A DNA stretch of 57,756 bases from a phage: the sequence record PV808483.1; one strand, 5' to 3'. Made by a program: the position numbers and the translations under genes. Position 1 is the first letter of the stretch. Every line of letters starts with the position of its first letter. Of this stretch, positions 18,712-27,550 are shown piece by piece. The notes beneath the pieces were generated by a model that worked only from the letters and a program-made list of their open reading frames with translations, did no database searches and had not been told where the DNA came from.

Positions 18712-19970
18712 TGCGTACAGATGGTACTAATCATTTACGCCGCGCTAAATCGATGAAGATCGGTTTTCTGTCCGGCGTGACAAAACCTGCTCACGAGGGA
18801 GCAAACGCTCTTGTTCTTAAATCACATTCAGAACCGCCTGCTGTTGTTCTTTTAAAGTCAACATTCAGTGCGGCACTGGCTGAAAAAGAACTTGAACAGA
18901 AAGTTCGTGATTTCCTCTCTAATTCGTGGATGTTGAACGATGCGCTTTATGAAGCAGCAGAGGATATTGCAAAAGATGATTCTGTTACCGATAAACAAGC
19001 AGCATTGCGTGACGCGGTAAATGAATATATTATAACGTTGCAACAGGCCGCTGGTATTTCGATGAATAAAGCGAAAGGTGGCAAAACTGAAGACGGTAAA
19101 GTTTTTCCGGCATCTGATTATGCATATGTACCAGATCCAGAAAAACCTTCAACCTGGAAACTTCGTTTAACAGCTACCCCTGGCGGTGAACCTGATGCGC
19201 GTATTGTAGGCGCTGCACTTGCTGCATTAGGTTCGGGTTATCGCGGTAACAAAGTTGAAATCCCTGAAGCCGATTTAGCAGGTGTGAAAAACAAAGTCCG
19301 ATCCGCGTGGAAAAAATTACACCCGGACCAGGAAGTACCTCAAGTTTTAAAAACGGCAGAGGAAATCGAAATGTCCGAACTGGAAAAATACAAAGCCCTG
19401 GCTGAGATGAACGACGTCCATAAGGCGTATCATAATTCTCTGCCTGAATCTGATCAGGAAGCATTCCGTAAAATGGATGCCACTGCTCGCGATGCCCTCG
19501 TGACGATGGCTAAACAGGCTGATGAATCGTTTACCACGATTGCGGGTCAGGTTGTTCAGAAATCTGTAGCTGGTCCGATGTATGACGTTCTGAAATCTCA
19601 GGACGAACAACTTCGCAAAGCACAGACCGAAGCGGCACTGGCGAAAGCTAAAGAAACCGTGAACGCTGATTTCGCACATATTCCGGGTGAAATGGTACAG
19701 AAAACCCAGATGGTCATGACTCTTGAGCGTTTACCGGAAGCGGATCGTAACTTCCTGGTTGAAAAACTCAAACAGGCCGATGAACTCTGGAAAGCACGTA
19801 AAGAGCCAGCAGCGCCGAATGGCAGTGGTAAAGGTTCCAGTGCACTGGAAGACATGATCAACGAATGGCTGAAAGCAAATCCGGGTAAAACACGCACCCA
19901 GGCTATGCAGGCAGTTTCTGCAACTAAAAAAGGTCAGGAAGCAATCGAAGCGATGCGAGGTGACGAATAA
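18711..19970 (+). CDS. putative scaffolding protein
   Basis: 419 aa, charged and alpha-helical; sits between protease and capsid genes. Confidence 0.5.
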   Translation: MRTDGTNHLRRAKSMKIGFLSGVTKPAHEGANALVLKSHSEPPAVVLLKSTFSAALAEKELEQKVRDFLSNSWMLNDALYEAAEDIAKDDSVTDKQAALRDAVNEYIITLQQAAGISMNKAKGGKTEDGKVFPASDYAYVPDPEKPSTWKLRLTATPGGEPDARIVGAALAALGSGYRGNKVEIPEADLAGVKNKVRSAWKKLHPDQEVPQVLKTAEEIEMSELEKYKALAEMNDVHKAYHNSLPESDQEAFRKMDATARDALVTMAKQADESFTTIAGQVVQKSVAGPMYDVLKSQDEQLRKAQTEAALAKAKETVNADFAHIPGEMVQKTQMVMTLERLPEADRNFLVEKLKQADELWKARKEPAAPNGSGKGSSALEDMINEWLKANPGKTRTQAMQAVSATKKGQEAIEAMRGDE

Positions 19971-20380
19971 TGGCTAAGAACAGCAAAATTTACTGGAACT
20001 ATGAGCGCCCGACCCGTGCCGTTGCATCCGTGGCTATTTCGGCAGGTGTTGGTCTTGTTCTGGATACCAGTTTAGGTGACACTAACCAATGTGTACCTAA
20101 ATACAAACTCCCAACTGCTGACGGTCGTATTGACGGTGTGGCGGTTGATGATGTCGCAGCAGGTGTATTCTTTGACCTGGTGAATGAAAAAGAAAAATTC
20201 GTACCAGTAAAAGCCGCTGCAACGTTCGCCACAGGTGTTGAGCTTGCTGTTGGTGCTGACGGACGATTCCAGACTGCTACTGCTGATCAACTGGTCGTGG
20301 CTATTTCTCAAACTGGTGCCACTGCTGAAAACCAGGTAGTTACCGCATTACTTATTGCACCGTATTCTAAAGGAGCATAA
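19970..20380 (+). CDS. putative head decoration or accessory capsid protein
   Basis: 136 aa, Ala/Val/Gly-rich; directly precedes the major capsid gene. Confidence 0.4.
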   Translation: MAKNSKIYWNYERPTRAVASVAISAGVGLVLDTSLGDTNQCVPKYKLPTADGRIDGVAVDDVAAGVFFDLVNEKEKFVPVKAAATFATGVELAVGADGRFQTATADQLVVAISQTGATAENQVVTALLIAPYSKGA

Positions 20381-20383
20381 CCG

Positions 20384-21403
20384 ATGAGTTACAAACAGAA
20401 TTTTCGCGACGTTGGCGCACCAGATATATTCCTGTCTAACTTTTCTGTAAGTTACTGGCAGGATACATCACTGTTTGTCGGTACTCGTTATTTCCCGGTA
20501 GTTCCTGTTAATCAGGCTGCTGGTAAGTTTCTGACTTACCCGAAAGGTTATTTCGGTCGTCCGGTTAACTCCAAACGTGCCGAAGATGGTGTTGCTAACA
20601 CTATTGGTTACAAAACCAAAAACCAGGGTTACACCGTTGATGACGATGCGATCCGCATCTTCATTTCTGACAAAAAACGTGCAAACGTTCAGAACGGTCA
20701 GCAACTGGATATGGAAGCGTCTGCAGTAACCACGGACGCGTTGTTGATTAACAAAGAAGTGGATTTTGCTGAAAAATTCCTGACTGCTGGTAAATGGGGT
20801 CTTGATTTCCAGGGCAAAGACGCATCTCCGTCCACGGGCGAATTCCTGAAATGGTCTAATGCGAATGCCGATCCGATTGGTGATATCCTGTCACGTCGTG
20901 TTGCGTTCTCTCTGGCATCCGGTGGTCGTCGCTGGAACAAAGCACTGATGACGCTGGACGTGTATGACGCACTGACCCGTAGTCCGGCTGTTATTGACCG
21001 TATTAACGGTGGTTCTACCACTCAGAATCCGGGCATCGTGACTAAACAGGCACTGGCTGCACTGCTGGAAGTTGACGAACTGGAAATCATGCAATCTGTG
21101 GTCAATATGGCTGCTGATGGCGTTGAAGACGGTGACGGCAATCCGCTGTCAGACTTCCAGTTTGCTAAAACTGGTGTACTGATGCTCAACTATGTTGAAC
21201 CGACTGTTGGCAATATGAAACCTGTTGCGGCTGCAGGCTTCGTGTGGAACGAATTTATCGGTCTGGGCGTTAACAACGGTCCGTCTATCCGTACCTATCC
21301 GGGTGTTGAAGGTCGTCGTGGTAATTTCGTTGAAGCGGAATTTGCCATTGATGTTCAGATGGTTGCACCTGACCTGGGCGTTCTGTTCTACGACGCGGTT
21401 TAA
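20384..21403 (+). CDS. major capsid protein
   Basis: 339 aa; GGAG upstream; strong terminator follows; position after protease and scaffold. Confidence 0.65.
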   Translation: MSYKQNFRDVGAPDIFLSNFSVSYWQDTSLFVGTRYFPVVPVNQAAGKFLTYPKGYFGRPVNSKRAEDGVANTIGYKTKNQGYTVDDDAIRIFISDKKRANVQNGQQLDMEASAVTTDALLINKEVDFAEKFLTAGKWGLDFQGKDASPSTGEFLKWSNANADPIGDILSRRVAFSLASGGRRWNKALMTLDVYDALTRSPAVIDRINGGSTTQNPGIVTKQALAALLEVDELEIMQSVVNMAADGVEDGDGNPLSDFQFAKTGVLMLNYVEPTVGNMKPVAAAGFVWNEFIGLGVNNGPSIRTYPGVEGRRGNFVEAEFAIDVQMVAPDLGVLFYDAV

Positions 21404-21423
21404 TAACAACTGTGATATCATTA

Positions 21424-21452
21424 AGGGGTGGCTTATGCTACCCCTTTTTTTC
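21424..21452 (+). terminator. rho-independent terminator AGGGGTGGC-TTAT-GCTACCCCT followed by TTTTTTT
   Basis: Stable hairpin plus T7 run after the capsid gene. Confidence 0.8.
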
Positions 21453-21466
21453 ATGAGGTTAAAATC

Positions 21467-21820
21467 ATGCGTAATTCATATGATCCGTCACTGAAATATA
21501 TTTTCACTCGCCCGATGCTGTGGAACGGTAAACAGATGTCCGCTGGCGATAAAGTATCAACATCAAAAGCTATCCCGGCTGTTTTAAATGCCCTTGTGCG
21601 TATGCGCCATATTGAACCAGCTACTGCGACCGTTGAAGAACCAGTGACTGTAGCAACCGAAGAATCGACATCAACCACAGCTGCTGAAATCCGACGTGAC
21701 GCGCCAAAAACCTATAACGTTTATGTTATGGGTATGCCGATGAATTCAGAATCATTCAGCAGTAAAAGTGCCGCTGCTGAATGGTGTGAATCTCAAGGCT
21801 TGACATATAACTATTCTTGA
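21467..21820 (+). CDS. hypothetical protein
   Basis: ORF 21428..21820 trimmed to the ATG at 21467 because the upstream part lies inside the terminator. Confidence 0.4.
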   Translation: MRNSYDPSLKYIFTRPMLWNGKQMSAGDKVSTSKAIPAVLNALVRMRHIEPATATVEEPVTVATEESTSTTAAEIRRDAPKTYNVYVMGMPMNSESFSSKSAAAEWCESQGLTYNYS

Positions 21821-22002
21821 CCTATTGTTAGTTGTAGATAGTTTTCGTGGCGACTTTGCGGACTTTTTAGAAACTGACCACAAAGATAAATGCAAACGAA
21901 GAACGTTTTCTGATGGCGGCGTAATAGCCTGTAAGTCAGCAAGGTCTTCCGATTCCTTGTAAATAAATTCGGCGCACTGGCCCGGTGTGATTAATAATGG
22001 GC

Positions 22003-22082
22003 ACCCACGAATGAGAGTATTGTGATTGATCGTCGTTCTTGCGCGCAAAGTCTGCTCGAAGACAATACTCTCATTCGTGGGT
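22003..22082. repeat. 21-bp inverted repeat (ACCCACGAATGAGAGTATTGT / ACAATACTCTCATTCGTGGGT) with a 38-nt loop containing the palindrome TTGCGCGCAA
   Basis: Read directly in the noncoding island. Confidence 0.85.
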
Positions 22083-22320
22083 AACAACGGGCATGTCGCC
22101 TTAGTAAATCCCTCAAGGGTGCAGCGAATAATCCGGTAATGTCGTTGCCGTAAGCCACACGAAACGTGGCACACAACAGGTAAGAGCATTTGTTAAATGC
22201 GAAGTTATTCGCGCAGACGTTAGTCATAATCATCGTCAGTGCTCTTATCGTTGTGGTGAATTGCAGTTCTCAGAAACAACCAGAAGATAAGCGCCTGGCA
22301 CTGCAACACAAACACTCGCT

Positions 22321-22341
22321 GATAAGGAGGTGATCCTTATC
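22321..22341 (+). promoter_or_regulatory. hairpin GATAAGG-AGGTGAT-CCTTATC containing TAAGGAGGTGATCC, a 14-nt perfect complement of the 16S rRNA 3' end
   Basis: Read directly; followed by a possible 17-codon TTG-initiated ORF (22342..22395). Confidence 0.4.
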
Positions 22342-22509
22342 TTGCTGGCGGGAAAGCCGCAAATCGTGGGTAAAGCATGTTGTGAAACATCCTGAACTGC
22401 GTGTCGTTTTACATAACTGGTTATTCACGTGTCACGCATAGGGGTATGTTGGGACGTCAGGTGTGGATGACCAGTTATGTAAAACCCTCATTATCACCCA
22501 GAGCCATTT

Positions 22510-22535
22510 GCCGTCTGTTTAAGACGGCTTTTTTC
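22510..22535 (+). terminator. rho-independent terminator GCCGTCT-GTTTA-AGACGGC followed by TTTTTT
   Basis: Hairpin plus T-run at the end of the noncoding island. Confidence 0.75.
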
Positions 22536-22573
22536 GTGCTAATATAACGAAAACATTTCTCACAGGTGATCAC

Positions 22574-22984
22574 ATGGCTATTACAGTTGAAGGTATTCGT
22601 TATTTGATCAGTGTCCCTGATGTTACTGATGAACAAATTCAGTGGTACATTGACAACGGTTATACAAATCCTCTCAGTATTTGCGTCGCTCTCTGTGATT
22701 ATATGGCGTCTATTGCCAGCAACGATACTGACATTAAAGTAGGTCCGATCTCACTCAGCAGTAGTCAGTCAGCAGACGCCTGGAATAAACTTAAAAAAGA
22801 TTTTATTTTACGTATTAATACTGGCGCTGATTCAGGTGGCGGTTTGTTAGGTAGTTTTATGGGTGTTGGTGGAGCTACTTTAACTGGCGCTGGTATGCAA
22901 CCTGCTATTCAACGTGGTCAGTTCGACAACCCACCTGTAACACTTGAAAGCGGTAGTCATGCACTTAATGAGGGTGAACGGTAA
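22574..22984 (+). CDS. putative head-tail connector or head completion protein
   Basis: 136 aa; first gene of a translationally coupled block preceding the major tail gene. Confidence 0.35.
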   Translation: MAITVEGIRYLISVPDVTDEQIQWYIDNGYTNPLSICVALCDYMASIASNDTDIKVGPISLSSSQSADAWNKLKKDFILRINTGADSGGGLLGSFMGVGGATLTGAGMQPAIQRGQFDNPPVTLESGSHALNEGER

Positions 22985-23358
22985 TGTCAGACAAACGTCA
23001 AAGCGTCCTGAACGGTGTTACTCGTGCACTTGCTGAAGTAGGTGAGGATTTGACGGTAAAACGTGTGACAACAGTTCCCAACCCGTCTAATCCTACATTA
23101 CCGGGTACAACCGTTACTGAATCACACACCTGTCGTGGTTATATTTACCCATTAGAAAAGTGGGATCCGACTACTATGACCAGAATAACCACAACGATGG
23201 TAATTATGGATAGTCAGAGTTTTGAACCACGATTTGTTCCTGATCGGGGTGATGTTGTGGTTGATGAACGTGGTAAAGAATATCGCCTTCTTGATCGTCA
23301 AAATCCACGATTGTTAGGGGATGATATGGCATTTATTCACCCTGTTGGAGCTGCCTGA
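22984..23358 (+). CDS. putative head-tail joining protein
   Basis: 124 aa; ATGA overlap with the previous gene. Confidence 0.35.
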   Translation: MSDKRQSVLNGVTRALAEVGEDLTVKRVTTVPNPSNPTLPGTTVTESHTCRGYIYPLEKWDPTTMTRITTTMVIMDSQSFEPRFVPDRGDVVVDERGKEYRLLDRQNPRLLGDDMAFIHPVGAA

Positions 23359-23359
23359 T

Positions 23360-23791
23360 ATGGCTAAGGCTAACGTTAATGACATAAACCGTATAACAGG
23401 TGTCTTTAAAGACATTAAAGCTGACCTGCGAGATTTTACCGATCGTGAAGTCATCCGGTATGTCCTGACGTTACGTAATATTCTTGTCAGTGAACCACCT
23501 GACGGTACACCCGTGGATACAGGCTGGGCAAGCAACAACTGGTGGTTCGATCAGGGGCAACCCGCTAATAGTCCTGATACACCAACAGGTAATGTTGAAG
23601 CCAGTAAAGCACGTATCGAACAGGATACAGTCACTATCAGCAGTATTAAAGTTAATGGTCAGGAACTCCATATTACTAACAACGTTCCTTACATTGGGGT
23701 TCTCAATGGTGGTAGCAGTACACAGACACCTTCCGGGTTTGTCGAACGTGCTATATTAAAAGCCGGAATAATGGTGAGGTTTAATCAGTGA
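23360..23791 (+). CDS. putative tail completion or neck protein
   Basis: ORF 23321..23791 trimmed to the ATG at 23360 with GGAG upstream. Confidence 0.35.
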   Translation: MAKANVNDINRITGVFKDIKADLRDFTDREVIRYVLTLRNILVSEPPDGTPVDTGWASNNWWFDQGQPANSPDTPTGNVEASKARIEQDTVTISSIKVNGQELHITNNVPYIGVLNGGSSTQTPSGFVERAILKAGIMVRFNQ

Positions 23792-24213
23792 TGACACTCT
23801 CAGATGTTTCAGGAATTGTTTATAATCGCGTTCTGGCGAATCTCCCCGTGGAAATTACGCCTGACAGATTTACAATCGCTTCTGGTCAACTCCCTGATGA
23901 CACTACAGAAAAACCCGGTTTGATTCTGACACACAATCCCGGCCCGTGGACAATAACCACGCTGGGTGGGGAAGGTGTTTGTCGTCGTCGTTTAAGAACA
24001 GGAAACGTTTTTTTACAGGTACGTACACCTGCTCAGTATGGTATGGACACTTTGAGTATTGATATTGCGGATCGGCTTGCAAAATTATTTGAAGGTGTCT
24101 GGCAGGACCGCCCGTTAATTTACACGAGTGTTGATATTCGTCATCAGGGTCGTGATAACGCGTGGTTTTTAACGAACGTCGTACTTAGTTACGAATACGA
24201 AGAAATATATTAA
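23788..24213 (+). CDS. putative tail terminator or neck protein
   Basis: 141 aa; overlaps the previous stop. Confidence 0.35.
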   Translation: MMTLSDVSGIVYNRVLANLPVEITPDRFTIASGQLPDDTTEKPGLILTHNPGPWTITTLGGEGVCRRRLRTGNVFLQVRTPAQYGMDTLSIDIADRLAKLFEGVWQDRPLIYTSVDIRHQGRDNAWFLTNVVLSYEYEEIY

Positions 24214-24249
24214 ACTACGAATGATTGCAATCAAACGAGGCTTAGAACA

Positions 24250-25707
24250 ATGGCTGAATCAATTTTTAAATGTTCGCAAACACCTGCGGCTGACGTAAAC
24301 GCAACACGACTCAGTGTGGCAAAAGTCTGTGAACCTGTTTCTGGTACACCCTGGACGGTTCAACAACCGAATGAAATCAGTTCTTACAGTGCTGATATTA
24401 CAAAGACTCAGCGTACACCGATCAGTACGGACCGATCTGCACGTAAAGGCACAGTAACTAACGTTGAAGTTGCACCGGGTTTTCAGACAGACCTGACACT
24501 TGATACGTTCCGCTACTGGGGTGACGGATTCCTTTACAGTAAATGGGTCGGTGCTGGTGCAATTGATATTGACGTTACCAGTGTTGGCGGTGACGCTTAT
24601 AACGTTACTACTCTTGATGCGGCATTACCTGAAGGTGCTCTTGTTTATGCGACAGGTTTTACACTGGCTGCAAACAACGGTTTGAAAACTGTAGGCGCTG
24701 ATAGTACCACTACTGCTATCAAAGTGTCAGGGCTTACTGCCGAAGCGTCACCGCCTGCTGAAGCTCGTTTGTATCTCGTGGGGTATGCTGCAGCGTCTGG
24801 TGACATCGCTGTTAACAGTAATGGTCAGTTGACGTCTACCACCCTGGATTTTTCCACACTGGGTTTAGTACCGGGCCAGTATATTTATATTGACGGTCTA
24901 ACACAGTCGGTTACCAGTAAAATGGCCCGTGTGACTATGGTTGGTGATCATGTTCTGACTCTCGCTAACAGTGAATTCACCACTGAAGAAGGTACGGGTA
25001 AAACTGTACGTTTATTTGTTTCCAGTTTTGTTCGAAACGTTCCTGTTGATTCTGCAGAGTTCGTGAAAACTGAATACACGATGGAAGCACGTTACAACAC
25101 GACACCTGTTATTTATGAATACGCGCGTGCTGTAGCTGCAAACCAGATGACAATCAACGCACCATTGACTGAAAAAATGACAATGGACCTGACGTTTGTA
25201 GCACAGGATTTATCAGCACCGTCAGAAACCGCGCTACCGGGTTCCGGGTATATTGAATTCGTGGCTAACGAAGCGTACAACACCGTAACGAACCTGAACC
25301 GTGTACGACTGACCGGGATTGATGATAGTGGCCTCAGTACGTTCCTGAAAGACGTTACTGTCACCGTGAATAACAACGTGTCAGGTGAAAACGTGCTGGG
25401 CGTGATGGGTGCTGCGTTTACCAACATCGGTAACCTGGAAATCACGATGGAAACTGAAACGGTGATGACGGACGGTGCTGTACTGGCTGCGATCCGTAAC
25501 AACGCGACCGTTAACTTCGAACTTGCTGGGGTAAACGGTGATGGTGCAATCGTGGTTAACATCCCTGCGATGACACTGGGTGACGGTTCCAAGAACCTTG
25601 CGACGGGCGAAAAAGTGAAAGTCACTGTTAGCGGTAACGCCCACGAAGAAGAATCGATCGGCTTTATGATTGGGTTCAGCTTGTTCCCGTACTTGCCTAC
25701 AGCATGA
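24250..25707 (+). CDS. major tail protein (tail tube), large form
   Basis: 485 aa, Thr/Val-rich beta-type composition; followed by a terminator and the chaperone pair. Confidence 0.55.
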   Translation: MAESIFKCSQTPAADVNATRLSVAKVCEPVSGTPWTVQQPNEISSYSADITKTQRTPISTDRSARKGTVTNVEVAPGFQTDLTLDTFRYWGDGFLYSKWVGAGAIDIDVTSVGGDAYNVTTLDAALPEGALVYATGFTLAANNGLKTVGADSTTTAIKVSGLTAEASPPAEARLYLVGYAAASGDIAVNSNGQLTSTTLDFSTLGLVPGQYIYIDGLTQSVTSKMARVTMVGDHVLTLANSEFTTEEGTGKTVRLFVSSFVRNVPVDSAEFVKTEYTMEARYNTTPVIYEYARAVAANQMTINAPLTEKMTMDLTFVAQDLSAPSETALPGSGYIEFVANEAYNTVTNLNRVRLTGIDDSGLSTFLKDVTVTVNNNVSGENVLGVMGAAFTNIGNLEITMETETVMTDGAVLAAIRNNATVNFELAGVNGDGAIVVNIPAMTLGDGSKNLATGEKVKVTVSGNAHEEESIGFMIGFSLFPYLPTA

Positions 25708-25727
25708 CATGGTAGATGGTAGTGGTT

Positions 25728-25751
25728 GCCCGGTTAACGCCGGGCTTTTTT
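25728..25751 (+). terminator. rho-independent terminator GCCCGG-TTAACG-CCGGGC followed by TTTTTT
   Basis: Same hairpin family as the terminators at 1049 and 26521. Confidence 0.7.
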
Positions 25752-25812
25752 GTTTAGTATTTTGTACAGAACTATTACTATCTAATCGTCTACTACATAA
25801 AAGGTAAAAACC

Positions 25813-26235
25813 ATGTCAAAATTTGACCATCTGAAAAAAGCACTTTCCCCATTAGTGCTGAAGTCTTCTGCTGAACTGATTTTAAATGAAAATTTCAGCA
25901 TCACCGTGTTGAACCTGAACACCGCTAACCAGGTATATAACGTAACAGTTGCGGACTATGTAAAACAGAACGGTGTGTTGTCTGAAAACTTCTTTGAAAA
26001 ACTGTGGAATCAGGAATATACACCAGAAGGTATTAAGTTCGTGGCCAATGTTCTTATGCTGGACTGGAAACTGATTGGTGAAGATGACAAACCGGAACCA
26101 TTCAGTGTTGAAGAAGCTATTGAACTGTTAAGTGATGAACGTTTTGGCCAGGTGATCTACAGTCGTGTTATTCAGTTTGCAATTAATTCCGCATTTTTCC
26201 AGGACGAATGGGAAAAACAGATTGAAAAAAACTGA
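25813..26235 (+). CDS. tail assembly chaperone (lambda gpG-like)
   Basis: 140 aa, acidic; precedes the tape measure; ends just after the slippery heptamer. Confidence 0.6.
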   Translation: MSKFDHLKKALSPLVLKSSAELILNENFSITVLNLNTANQVYNVTVADYVKQNGVLSENFFEKLWNQEYTPEGIKFVANVLMLDWKLIGEDDKPEPFSVEEAIELLSDERFGQVIYSRVIQFAINSAFFQDEWEKQIEKN

Positions 26236-26531
26236 TCGACTTCCTCTTGTGGAACGATAAGACAGACGGGGACGACCTGGACTGGGTTACACAAGGGGCG
26301 GCTGCACGTGGTATATCTGTTCCTGTTGTTGTACAGAAACGTCCTGAATTGCGACCTGATGCTATCTTTTACTGGAATGCTTATTTGGATCTGATGGAAG
26401 CTGATTGGGTTGCTTGTGAGCGTTATGCACGGGTATATAACGTTGATGTACAATTCTTGTGGAAATTATTGATAGCATTGCGGTCTGCACGTGTTGCCGA
26501 GATGAAGAAAAATAAACATAAGCCCGGTTAG
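26222..26531 (+). CDS. -1 frameshift extension of the tail assembly chaperone (gpGT-like fusion)
   Basis: Slippery heptamer A AAA AAC at 26226-26232; the -1 frame continues into ORF 26247..26531. Confidence 0.6.
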
Positions 26532-26545
26532 TTCCGGGCTTTTTC
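26521..26545. terminator. terminator AGCCCGG-TTAGTT-CCGGGCT followed by TTTT
   Basis: Hairpin spans the stop of the frameshift product; lies between convergent genes. Confidence 0.65.
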
Positions 26546-26623
26546 ATATATGTAGTCGAGGATTGCAGGAGAGTATTTAAACCACTCTGTAGCACCGTCA
26601 AAACCTTTAAGACGCGCGTTAAG

Positions 26624-27235
26624 TTAATGATAGACCTTGTGTACCTCTTGTTCCAGTTTATACGCGTCGGCGCCTTGTGGGAACGGATACGACACGAGTT
26701 TAACCACGGGGTGTGGAGTTCGTCGTTGTAGTTGTCGTAGTCGCTGTTTTAAGTCGTTTGTAATACCAACTTTAAGCAGAGTAGGACACTGTTTATCGTC
26801 AGTTAACACGTAGAGCGTTCCGTGTTCTGACGGGTTAAAACCTGTTTCAGCGCACTGGGGGCAACCTTGTTTCATTGAAGTGTGATTGTTCGGAGTCTGT
26901 TCAAACACACCGTGTTCTGAACAAATGATTTTCACAGGAGTACACCGATTAACATACTCCACCAACGAATAGTCGTAACGGTCCCCGTGAACTTCACGGG
27001 CGCGTGTAATAAACTCTTCTGTGGTTAAACGTTGTTGCTTAACTGCACATTGGGGACAACCTCTCCCGCGAACATGATTATTAGGAATCTGTTCAAACAC
27101 ACCATGTTCAGGACAGGTGATCTTCACAGGAGTACACCAATTCACATACACCACTAGCGAGTAATCGTATTTGTGCCCATGAACTTCACGGGCACGTGTG
27201 ATAAATTCTTCTGTGGTTAAACGTTTCCTACTCAT
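26624..27235 (-). CDS. endonuclease-like protein: two tandem zinc-ribbon repeats plus a C-terminal T5orf172/GIY-YIG-like domain
   Basis: Repeat TTEEFITRAREVHG-YDYSLV-CTPVKI-C-EHGVFEQ-PNNH-GCPQCA occurs twice; C-terminus GTLYVLTDD...LLKVGITNDLKQRLRQL. Confidence 0.55.
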   Translation of the reverse strand: MSRKRLTTEEFITRAREVHGHKYDYSLVVYVNWCTPVKITCPEHGVFEQIPNNHVRGRGCPQCAVKQQRLTTEEFITRAREVHGDRYDYSLVEYVNRCTPVKIICSEHGVFEQTPNNHTSMKQGCPQCAETGFNPSEHGTLYVLTDDKQCPTLLKVGITNDLKQRLRQLQRRTPHPVVKLVSYPFPQGADAYKLEQEVHKVYH

Positions 27236-27236
27236 C

Positions 27237-27416
27237 TTATTTGTCGCTTTTTAACACAGCCCAGATTAACGCACCTAACCAACCGACGAATGTCCAACCC
27301 GCAAAGATGTTAAGTAAAATAATTGCTGTTTGTTGTTTATGTTTAATGTTAATCGCGATGAGTGCTGGGATCAGATATACAGCAGCGATTAAGAAAAGAA
27401 TGATGAAAGTAGCCAT
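27237..27416 (-). CDS. small membrane protein resembling superinfection-immunity proteins
   Basis: 59 aa; MATFIILFLIAAVYLIPALIA...LLNIFAGWTFVGWLGALIWA; below the ORF-track cutoff. Confidence 0.45.
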   Translation of the reverse strand: MATFIILFLIAAVYLIPALIAINIKHKQQTAIILLNIFAGWTFVGWLGALIWAVLKSDK

Positions 27417-27446
27417 TTTGTAACCCTCCGTTGTTTTGTTGATTGT

Positions 27447-27492
27447 AGGTTACACGTCTTTGTGTAATCCGTCAAGAATTATTTTAAACGTT
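27447..27492 (-). promoter_or_regulatory. sigma70-like promoter, UP element + TTGACG, 17-bp spacer, TAACCT
   Basis: Near-identical to the copy at 12872..12915. Confidence 0.5.
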
Positions 27493-27550
27493 TGTCGCTT
27501 TTTAGACCCGTGTTAAACTGTGTACATGCTTCGTGAAAAGGTTAACCACA

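Noticed and set aside
19347-19897. Reverse-strand ORFs inside the scaffold-like gene
   Set aside because: They are antisense to a long, well-supported coding region and lack start signals.
21821-22573. Possible tRNA gene in the noncoding island
   Set aside because: I found no GTTCGAATC-like T-loop, no acceptor-stem/CCA arrangement and no cloverleaf-compatible spacing; the hairpins present do not fit a tRNA.
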